From: Ophelia neglecta | Taxonomy: Eukaryota | Assembly (NCBI GenBank): GCA_965285935.1 | Contig: OZ260664.1 | Coordinates: forward strand, 17,360,001 to 17,424,000 | Direction: 5' to 3' | Length of the DNA: 64,000 nucleotides | Part shown: one piece after another, positions 53,020 through 64,000 of the stretch | Position numbering within the stretch: the stretch's first letter is position 1 | How the letters are laid out: each line of letters starts with the position of its first letter | Notes under the pieces: generated by a model | Database searches by the model: none | Told to the model about the DNA's origin: nothing | Seen by the model: only the letters and a program-made list of their open reading frames with translations | Made by a program: the position numbers and the translations under genes

Positions 53020-54530
53020 TTGAAACTTGTTCCCTCAACCAAAGCAAAGCAAACAGACAGGCAAGTTCTCAGTGGAAACACAAAACTTCGACATTAGTTT
53101 CCTGCAAGAGACACTCATGTCAACAAGAAGAGACCCCCTTGGCATAGGAATGAGGCTCAAAAATTTTCTATTCTCAGGGATCTTCTAAGGCCAGATATGT
53201 AACAATCCTAGTAAGTCCTAGTTTTACAAATTTGTCGACCTATCACTTCAAACTGACATAGATTGGCGTTTTAAATATATTCTAGTCCTCCACTGCAGAA
53301 TTCAATCGTCTGAATTCATTTTGGTTAATACGTGTGGCCCGAATGAGAACAATGTAGCTTTTTTCGAAGCAATTCTGAAGATTTTGCCACACGACAATTA
53401 TAATTGGGGGAGATTTCAATGTTGCTCCCAATGTACATATGGGTAAGTACGGGGGAGGGACCAGTGGATAATCCAGAAAATGCAAAAGTTATAAACAGAT
53501 TTATGGACATTTAGGGGACGTGTGGCGAATATTATACCCGCACGACAGAAAAAACACATGGAGACAAGTAAAAACCAAATTTTTCTGCCTATTGGGCTAC
53601 TTTCTGTTCTCTACGTCCTGATTATACCAAATTACAAAGGCTGAAATTAATCCAGGTAATAAAACTGACCCTTATAAGTGTTGAGTATCTATTAACTGAA
53701 GAGATCCCGCGTGGTCGATTGTACTGGAAACTAAATACTTCCTTTCTGACAGACCCAAATTATGTCAGCATTATACAAGTATTATCAGAAGGACCGTAAA
53801 AGAGAATCCTTATATTGGAGATGAAATGCTGTGGGAAATTATCAAACTGAAAGTGAGTGGCAACTGCATAAGTTTTGCGTACCACAAAAAGAAAACGACC
53901 AATTTTGCACAATAACTTGCTGAAAGCAAAATTAAACAATACGAGTCTGGCACTGAAGAATGTAATATTCCAAAGGGAAGGGTAAAGAGATTGTTGAAAA
54001 AAAAACCAAGGGTTCTGCCTATTAGGTCTAAAGCCAAACAATACTCTAAAGATGAAAAAAGTACTAAATATTTCTTCACTTTAGAAAAAAAACAATGCTA
54101 AAAAGAAAATATACGAAAGCTTATTACAGACGATGAGTCTGAAATATCCTACCCTAACAACGTCTTGAGGGAGGAAAGGAAATTCTTTTCCCCGCTTTAA
54201 ACTTCTGAGAGGTCTTTTATCAATTGCCCTGATGAAGTTAGACTCATGTTTTTAGAACAAACAGATGTCCCCATTCTTACTTACAGACAACGGCAATTAT
54301 GCGAAAGCATCCTTATCCCGGAGGAACTTCACCAGATATAAATATGAATGAAAAAATGACAAACCACCTGGATAGGTGGTTACCCTGCGAATTTCAGTGC
54401 CAGGTTCCAAAGTGGGAACCTCTGACTTACCCAGAGACAAAGTAGTATAAAACTTCTCCCTACAAAAGACAGAAATCCGATACACTTGAAAAAATGGCGA
54501 CCCATATCTTTTTAATGCTGTTACTAAAAA
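53020..54530 (+). mobile_element. Decayed L1/Tx1 LINE ORF2 (duplicate)
   Basis: Same motifs as 18960-20470. Confidence 0.85.
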
Positions 54531-55657
54531 ACTATTTTTGGTCTTTTAAAAAGTAGTTTTATCCTCCTGGTGCATTCTTAATTCCTCCGATAATCCCATC
54601 ACACGTTTCAGCATAGTATGGAATAATTCAATGATAACTATTGATGACCTTCAGTATGTAAAGAAAACCCTTACATTTCCATCTCATCCACATTTATGTA
54701 ATCTAAAGCGCTTAGCGCAAACAAGGGGAGTGTTATACTACTTCATTAAATGAAATACTCAATAATATAATTCTTTATTCAGTATTAGTCAAGAACTGGA
54801 AATGTGCATAGTCATGTTTATCAAAAATTTGCCATGAAATGTATCAAGATATTGTCTTTATTTATGGTCATTAAGGCGAAAACGTAAAGTGCGATACTTT
54901 CCACTACTTACCACACCAATAGTGCCCACAGAAAATAATTAATACTACTAACTAACAGCCTCATTCCCAACTCAAAGCTTGTTTGCGATTAAAGAATCTG
55001 TGGTCAGCAAGTGGTTATTAAAGTGGGATTATATTGCATTCAAACAACTCCATTTATTTAATATGTTATTAATATTCACAACACAAAGATACACACTAGA
55101 GAGCTCTCTATCAGGACTCGTAGAGGGTGTCGCCGGACATCAGCAGGACCTATCCCCTCCCCCCCCCCCGCCCCCCTAGGACAGGCCGTTGCCTAAAAGC
55201 CTAGTCGAACTTGGTTACACGCCAAACCGATAGATAACGTGTCCATTGACATATAGTAGTATAACATAATGATGACACCTCATTTCTGTTCTACAGTATA
55301 TGCTTGGTACACTCACTTAGTGCGGATATATGGTAAATTAAAATGGTAATGGTCGTCTTAAACTATCCAATAATTAAGTTTACGACATATAGGAGAAAAA
55401 ACCGGCGTGCAATTTTATGTGACTGTTTACCAAGTTTTATTTCATACTTAACAAATAGACCAAAATGCTCCTCATAGTGTCCCATTTTGACCCTTAACTT
55501 TTTGGTATCGGTCTGACATTAACATAACGTGCTTGCCAGTTTGCCGATAGTGGAAATTTGTAATGATAAAACCCCAGTGGCGAATTTAGGGGGGGGGGGC
55601 AGGGGACCCGCCCCCCCCCCCCCTTGCCAAAAATTGGGCCCGGACCAGGGCCTATAT

Positions 55658-56357
55658 CTACGGTAGCCCATCGTGCGAAATTTGTAAGGGTAAAGCTCCA
55701 ACAATTACGCGCGCCTCGTGGACGGCATCATTTTCCTTACACCCCAAGGTGAGTGAATCTGTTTTATCTACCAATGTATTGCATGACAGTCTTTGTGTAA
55801 TACATCAAACGAAAGTTAGGAAATTCGTTGTCAATCCTGTGTACTGGCTTGATTTATCGAGATCGCTATTTGTGAACAATTCTCGAGCAACATCAAGCGT
55901 GGGCGATAGTAGGAGAAATAACACCTTAATTTCTCGTTGCTGTCGGCTTGGTGCACTTTTCGAAGCTGAAACTTAGTAGACAGTAGCTACTGATAACTGT
56001 TAACATATCCATGGTATCTGCTCAATTTAGAATGATGCGGTTTTTTTTATCCTAGCCGTTCAAATAAGTTTCCGATGCGCGTGTATGTAAGGACACGGCG
56101 CGCGTGTAAGAAAGGGCACTAGCCTAGTAAAGGGAACGTAAAAGTAAGGCGACGCACTTTCCGTGACTGTTGCTGTTCAGTTCCAGGCTTAGAAAATGGT
56201 TCTTTTGCTATTTTTTACGTACAAATGTTCGACCTCTGGCACGAAGTCACTGATTTAAGGCCATGTTTTCCATAGATTCAAATTCGTGCAGATCGTACTA
56301 TTTTTATAATCACGGTTTAAATAGCGCAATACTGTATTGTATGTGTAGCCTGTTTTT
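55658..56357. mobile_element. Unclassified 700-bp insertion nested in a MITE, block 2 only
   Basis: Splits cctatat|ccggacc, which is uninterrupted at 21601-21614. No clear TSD or TIR. Confidence 0.7.
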
Positions 56358-58167
56358 CCGGACCTACGCAAGGTGGTTTCAGAGGGTTGGTACCGGGGAC
56401 AATCCAGACATTGGCCTTGTCAACTTTGGAAATTTTGCCCCCCCCCCCCCCCCCTCCCTTCCTGAAATCCTAGATCCGCCACTGAAACCACTTTATATCA
56501 TGGATTGTCGGCAATAATCAACAAGACTCCTGACAAATTGCTTCCCGAATATTGGAGGAGTAATTTTCCATTTTCAATCGTTATCCGCGCAGAAAAATAT
56601 ACAATAAATAAGTTTTGCGGCTATTCTGCATTGCTGGGGCTTCCTCGTAGTTTGCTTACAAATTGGCTCGTCCGGACACTTCTGCGCATGTGCGAGCTGA
56701 TTCGCAGCTCATTAGCATATGAATGACGCGGCTAACTGCTTGCGGCCGAATGCCTCGATTCCAATCTCTGGGTATAAACATCTCTGGTATGTTGTTATAT
56801 TATCGTGTATTGTTTTATAATAAGAATTATCCCAGTACATTTTAACACGCAGGCCTGCGTAACTTGCGCAACGCCACATTGTGAGGACTAGCTCCACAAA
56901 ATGTACCTGAAGTCCTACTCTTCTACGGAAATATATGCTATCTTTGAAAAGTGTTTATAGGAATTTCTGATATCTTCCTTCGCCTATAACAGTTTAGTGG
57001 TAATCAATTTTATTTTAGAACTGGCTTGGGTATGTCGCTTATAGGGTTAAATGAACTAGTAGGCCCCCGAGGAGTAGGCATCTCAAAATATCTGACAATG
57101 TTTAAATTGTTTATTTTCAGATTTAAACTATAATGATACGGAAAGTATCGTTGATGAGAAAACGGTTTATGTACAGTTTTAAATCGCACATACGACCTTG
57201 TCCGATACAACAACAGTAACTAATTCAGAGACACAGGAGTGAGAACTATCAGTTAGTATTTTATAGTAAAAAATCATATACTTGTTGGACCTAATTTAAA
57301 TCTAGCATATGTTCCATTTCTTCAATGTATCAAACAAAAACAGCTTGTTAGTACAGGCTGGTCCGTGTCACAAACCTCCAGAGTCAGCCATTGGCTTACG
57401 GCCTACCAATCGAGACAATGTTGTTAGTAAATATATATATATATAATATCGAGCGTATATAGAATAAAGTACTGAGAAAAAAAAGTTAGCCATATTTGCA
57501 CAGCTTATATGAGTATCAATGAGTGAAACTGTACGACGTGGTCTAATTAGGTAGCATTAAGTAATCACAAATCGTAGATATATTCTCTGTGTACATACAC
57601 AGGGCCTGTAGTTAGAATAATCGTCAGCTATTTTGAAGCTATGCATAATTACGGTACAAAAACAGAACCAATCTAATCTACCGTGTTTTAAACACTTCAG
57701 CCAACGGGTTGAGTACATTCAAGTAACTACGGTACAATTCACTAACAATCCACTGGCAAGAGATTCATTTACAAAAGTTTGCCATTGTTTTTTTCTAAAT
57801 CCGCCTCACTGGTGTGCAACGGTCAGTGTGGTATTCTTTTTTACTACGTTTCAGGGCGATATTATGCTGCTTTCGGTGTTTAACACCTTGCGGTAATAAC
57901 GGGTGCTGCGTTGACATTGCTCTGGCCGCACCATAACACAGACTACCACATTGACAACAGCACGACAGTTGGTCTGTCCAGTTTAGAATATACCGTCGGC
58001 CTTGTAGAGATAATCGAACACCAGATTTTGTAGAGATAATCAGTTATAAGCAGCATACAAAAGGCCTCTCCAAGCGGGATGTTCTAACTGCTGTATCGGT
58101 CGATTTTCATCGTACACACCCAGTTAACTGCATTTAAATTAAATTTACTGATCGTCTGCTGTTGTGT

Positions 58168-61100
58168 TTAATTTTGGTGTTTGATTCGAATTGGTCCATC
58201 GGCATATCCAGCATTGTGGTAACCTATTTTCCCGCCAGGATAATTTCCATTCATAGTGGTGAAAACCTCATCTTCATATCTGTATTAAAATAACAGGAGA
58301 TAATAATTTAAATTAAACAATTTTAATAACTTTATTACGACATTGCACTGGGTTTTAATCGGTAAAGATACCTTCGAAGGACCTTATTCAACATATTCAA
58401 TAATTCGGTTATTAGTTCCCTCTCCCAGGAACCAAAATGGCCATGTTATACCTTGGAGTTTACCAAAATAGATTGGTTTATTTTCATTTGGATAAGCCGA
58501 CAATGACAGTCAGTTAAGTGTTTTGAAAACACTTACCTTCCTGTGCGGTAGGCCTCCAAAGCAGGTCCCCACTCTGTCGTGGGGCGGAGTATTTTAGGCA
58601 TGGTCTGAAAAAATCCCATACCATTGAAGCCCAAGACAGGTATTATGACGTGGAATATATTAGCTTATCATACACACTACATATATTCTCCTTTCTCTTT
58701 ACTTTATGGGCCCAATGAAATGCAAAACGCTCATATATTTGTTTCTTTGAAATGTGTCCTCCACCGAAACGGAATGATTATAAATGTTAACTGTATAAAC
58801 AAAGCAGGCTTAAGTGTAAACTAAATACAACGAAAATACCAAAAGAAATGTTGGATAACTTGCGCGAGCACAAACCTTGAAGAACCCATGTGCCTTGCAG
58901 TATTCTATCAGAGCACACACGGGGATGAATACCAGGGCGATGCCTACAAGCATCCAACCAATCACGTCAGCCCACCACGGCTGATATATGCCATTCAGGG
59001 ACATTCTGTCATAGGACAGGCCCATATAAACGATCACAAACTGGGTAAAACAGAGAAAACACGTCAAGGAAAGTACGTTAAAAATGTACTTAACATATTT
59101 AGAATTGCATAAGATATTTTTTATACTTTAGGCTTTTAAAATTAATGTTGGGAATAATAGACTACAATTTTGATATGATCATGCCGAAGATTATAATGCA
59201 TAAAAAAACGTTATTCGTGCATACTTAGAATAACCTAAAACAACTGTACATGTTATTTGTGAGAATATGAACAAGATTATTCCTCCCGGTGCCATTATTG
59301 AATCACATACACACAAACTGACTGGAAAAATACATCAACAGATAATCTTTAACTGGGCCAATGAATGAGAAGAGTGGAGAAGATTGTCCCGCTTTGAGCA
59401 AAATTGAAGTTTTGCTGACTGTATTAGAAAAAGAGTCTTTTAGGCTGAGGGAGGACATGTGTAGTATTACTATATGGAGAAGCAAATAATATACAAATGG
59501 ACAAGTCTGCATATACTAATCGACAGGGGCAATTTATGAGATTAAATTTCCCCTTAAGATATTAATTAATCATTTGGAAGTAAAAGATATTAACGAACGG
59601 CACTATGATCTGCTTAGTGAGGGATCAGATATAATTAAAGAATAGAAAATATTTATTATCTTCTTGAACTGCCTAAGCCCTCTGTTTTGTTTGTGGAAGA
59701 GGAAACAAATGGGAGGCTTACGATCATCATAGCCGGAGAGATTATACACCACATAGGCCACCAGTAGACATAGAAGGAGACCCTTATACAAGGCCAGGTA
59801 CTGTGCTCTCCCAGCATCATGTGTATGTCATCCGTGAAGCGACGAACACCTGCATGAGCCAAGAAGAAACATCAAATACGAGGATAAAACTTTTTAATGG
59901 AATATTTGGTTAATCCCTTATTTAGCACCTGAATATCCCCAGATTTTGTGCAATGACCAAACACTTGCTGAAGGATCGTTGAGTAAACCATCAGGAAAAT
60001 CCGCACTGGTAGTTTTTTTCCCCGCCTACCCAGAATTAAAATTTTAGGGGAAAGGAAAGGTCTGGTGCAACAAAAATGTTGTCCCAATTACGCAAGCCAA
60101 TGGGGTATCCTTACTTGAGACCATCGTGTCAGGGGCTACTGTGTTGTCTACGATTAGATAAAACAGTCCTTGCAATGAACTTAGGCATGTCATTATTATA
60201 GACTAATAATAGAAGTGGCAATAAAAAACGTCCCACAGTGACAATCTAGGTGATTTCGACGAACTTGACCCTAGAACGTATCCCTGGGTGACACCATATA
60301 TGATTTTGACATTTGGCCCTAACACGGATCCATAGATGATAGAGAACTCTTTCCAGTAACGTAAACATGACTTATCCATAAAACTTATGATGACCTTTAT
60401 CTGGCGCAGGAAATGTTGACGGTTTTCTTCTGAAATCCGCCAACTTTCAGGCCGGGTAACTTTAGGCTATATAGAATATTGAAGCATTACCGTATATCCA
60501 AGCTACAGCGACGACTTCCAGAATGGACACGACGACCAGAGAGAAGCCAGCGCTGTACCAGTCAAACAGATTGAGGATGAATGGGCCTGCCTGAAAACAA
60601 CAATCTACAACTTATCTAAATATCCATATTAATGTGTAGATGACAATGATGCAAATAATTAGAACAGAGAAACTAAGTGAGTTAGAGAAATTGATTTAAT
60701 TTCGTTTTGAATTGATTGCGTATATATATATATATATATATGCCTTTAAATTGTACTAATTTCAATATGAATATAATCGATATTACGATTATTAAGTTGA
60801 AATATAGTGAATATTGTGAATAAAGACCACCCAAAGGACTGTATAATGCAGGTCTGAATTTGGACGTGGTCTGTTTAGACAGATGATTTAACATTGAAAG
60901 TATACATCATGGTTCTCATATTAGTGGTCTGAATTGACCGGTTGCTTGATTACAAAGGTGGTCTTTAAGGCAGGTTTGTACTGTATCTATCAAATAAATG
61001 AATAAGTTTTACCCTAGAAACTTGTGGTAGGGCAATAAGAAAAAGGGAGACACTGAGTATGGTGGTCAAAATCAGTTTGGCATGCTTTCCCTTTTCTGCC

Positions 61101-63595
61101 AGATTGAACTCGTCGTATATGGCCGTGATAACTGTTTCCATCATGGCGAACTGTCGGAAGAAAAATCACGTGGTCTCTATTAGAGAACGACAAGTTCATA
61201 GTAATTACGTTGGTGAACTATTGAGAATATTGTGGCTGCCCACACTGCAACTAAAGTGGAAATGAGCCCGAGGGACTTACGCCTTTTCAATGTCTCACAC
61301 AGGAATTTAATATGGTTCAACTTCAATGCAATTGATCATTGAATTGAAATGTAATTGATTAAGTGATGTTAAACTACAAACCAACTCATTTTGTTACTGT
61401 CTACAAATAGCGGGATTGTCGTGATCGACGTATGTCTCACCTGGCTGTCCAGTCCTAGTGTGAACAACATGAGGAAGAAGAGAATAGACCAAAGAGGAGC
61501 AACTGGCATGGTCGCGATACCTTCTGGGTAGGCTATGAAGGCAAGACCAAATCCTGGAGACAGACAGCAAAGTACTGAATGGCTTTATAAGGACATCTAC
61601 ACTTAAAATACGTAAAAGAAAATAAGTAAAGACCCTAAGTGTAAGGCCTACCAGAAATAATTTGAATATCTATTGGAACCGAAATAGATCATTGTCCCAG
61701 ATGTGATAAAATGTGTATTTTAGAACGAGGTTTTTGACGAACTGGGACTCCTGCCTTACCACTTTGGGCCACTTGGTCCACGGGAACGCCTGTTTTGAAG
61801 GACATGTGTCCGAGAACCGAAAAAATGACGAAACCAGCAAACACACTAGTGGCGCAGTTCAAAAACGACACAATCAGAGCGTCTCTGTAACATAAAGTAA
61901 GAAAATTGAAACTATCAGCTTAACAAGTGTGACGCATCTACAACTATGTCCATGTGTGTGCGCGATACGCGCACGGCTAGAGTCAGGGCTTGCTCGAGAA
62001 CGTTCCATGGAATGCGCACCGGGAAGGGATGACCATAGTAGAATTGTAGAATTTATCCGATATGGACTAGATTTCCTAGATCAATCTGTTCCTATAACAG
62101 TTTAACTGAATGGAAACTCCGGAACAATCAATTGGATGTCCGGCTGGAATGCTATGTCCCCCGATAAGACCAAAAATAGAAAAGAATACTGTCCACGGAT
62201 GTATTGCTCGATGGCCATTTCGTACGATAACAGATATTCCCGGAATGGGAGGCACATTTTTGTAAGGACAGAATTACCCATGGTCAACGTGTCTTATACA
62301 GACATCTTATCTCTGGAATGAATTGTTCGTTGGTCCAATTGTTCAGGCGACAGTGTATACGTTCACACCGGACCTGTAATGATTCCACGCGCTAGTAGGT
62401 TCTCAAGTTGATGATAATTAGCATATGATCGTAGCCATTGTTGCAGGAACTATGGATAAGAATTGTGAGCTCTTTGGGGAGGCCCATATCGTCAAACTGA
62501 TATAATCCCTCGGCCTGCGACTTCGGGATCATAGCAGTTGGAGAATATATTCATGGGTGTCTTACTTCCCATTGCCCGAAATATATGGCAGGAATTATTT
62601 GCTGAAATATGCACAATGAAAGAAAATACGTCCTCATACATACAAGTTACGATATTAATTAAGTTTTGGAATACTCCACAAGATTTTATATGAAATCTTC
62701 TTTGTCAATGAAAAAAGGGAACATGATCTCCTACTGTTGACTAGGAGAGTGTAGCTATTGCTAAATAAAGAACAATTTGACATACATGCAAATAAAAATT
62801 ATGTCATCTGACTATAAGATGGACCAATCACGTGGGCGGTGTTTCAAATCAGGTGTGTCATTGAATATTATTCCCATAGTATGAAGGGGTTTAACCAATA
62901 GAGTAGCTTTTATGTTGAGTTAGCCTTTTGTTTCCGCTTATTAACATTGATAATATATATAATTGGCACGACACAGTTTAGAGCAAGAAATAAATTTAAA
63001 GATGCATGTTTCACAATCCCCCCAACAACGGATGTGTAGGCATGTGGCTGTTTATAAAATGATAGGCCTATGCTTCATACCTGAAGACATTGTTTCGGAA
63101 TTTATTGTAGCTGGCCATGGTTTCCAGGCTTCCAAACGCCACTCCCAGGGAATAAAATATCTGTACGGCTGCTTCATACCACACCTAAACCATACACAAA
63201 ATTGACAGACGAATTAAAGTACGATAGTTTACGAAATATAATTAAGTAGGTACGACTCGACTAACTACCAATGACTACATTAGGTTGTTGATAATTTTCA
63301 AGTAGTATATATCAGTAAGTTAATATTATTATTGAGAGTAGCCGGGTAATATTCCTCTCCCCCTTCCCCCAGCTCCAGGAGCATGCAGACAACGCTATCG
63401 AAATTCAGAAATACCAAGTGGAGTATGGAGGAATTGCTCTAGCAGATGATAGTAACCTACCTTGGGATTCTTCAACTTCTCATATTCCGGAATCATGTAG
63501 AAGCGGATGCCATCCCCGGCGCCCTCTAGCGTGGCATTTCGGATGAGTAGTATAAGGAGCACAATATACGGGAACGTCGCTGTCACGTACACCAC
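58168..63595 (-). CDS. SLC6 amino-acid transporter, paralog D (exons 7-16; 5' part beyond the window)
   Basis: Exons 63461-63595, 63081-63184, 61760-61884, 61441-61553, 61013-61150, 60491-60590, 59722-59849, 58876-59040, 58537-58604, 58168-58279 (TAA at 58170-58168). Same phases as A/B, same sizes except the last exon; distinct TM9, TM11-12 and tail (..GPIRIKHQN*). Confidence 0.92.
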
Positions 63596-64000
63596 CTTAA
63601 AAGGATTATACAGAGAATGTATGACCAACAAATATTCTATAAAACATGAAATGAAAGAGACATCATCTGGCTAAATTGTAGTATATTTCTTCCCACTTTG
63701 TGCCCGATCTTTTTGCGGAAACTTGGATTTTTCCAAACAAGAATTTGGAGCTTGCCGTTTTTTATGATGAGCTTCCCACCCTACTCAAACCTCCCAATCG
63801 CATATGGAGTAAGGTCTGGTTGAATCGGAACCTCTTTTAATTCCGCGAAAACAAAAGGCCCTGAAATGGCTTTTTGCTTGTACAGTGGGAATAGAAGGCA
63901 AATAGTTTGTTACATCGATTAATCCGCGCAGTAACAGGCTTAAAGAAAATATTTCCGATTTTACTCTAAACAGGAAGCTTCTAAACAGCAAATACAGATG

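Larger units (their letters stand above)
33890..59335 (+). repeat. Segmental duplication, block 2 (gene B + spacer + 3' end of D)
   Basis: Direct repeat of 1-24985. The last shared sequence is cacacaaactgactggaaaaataca (~24960-24984 and ~59310-59334). Confidence 0.95.

Overview
AT-rich, intron-containing animal DNA (probably a marine invertebrate; the organism cannot be fixed from sequence alone). It holds a tandem cluster of SLC6/NSS Na+/Cl- dependent amino-acid transporter genes. I rebuilt the exon chains by hand from GT-AG boundaries and phases. Copy A (- strand, 12040 to <96; last 2 exons lie outside the window) and copy B (- strand, 45985..33314; complete, 16 coding exons, 631 aa) are near-identical. 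Copy D (- strand, >63595..58168) is a more diverged paralog whose 5' part lies outside the window. C (- strand, 24278..23410) is an orphan copy of D's last three exons. E (+ strand, 25628..30342) is the 3' half of a distant paralog. Positions ~1-24985 are repeated at ~33890-59335 (offset ~34-34.8 kb). Between the two blocks, C and E meet head-to-head and both lack their 5' halves. The most interesting signals: (1) patchwork exon ancestry among A, B and D; (2) substitutions concentrated in the TM1 substrate/Na+ site of B; (3) an unusual Glu in TM6b; (4) an intact, in-phase orphan 3' cassette that could give B an alternative C-terminus; (5) an intronic minisatellite of GGAA (ETS-core) units that differs about 2-fold between copies. 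Introns and spacers carry SINEs, MITEs and decayed LINE/Penelope fragments. There are no prokaryotic features and no CRISPR array. A haplotype-derived false duplication cannot be excluded without read data.
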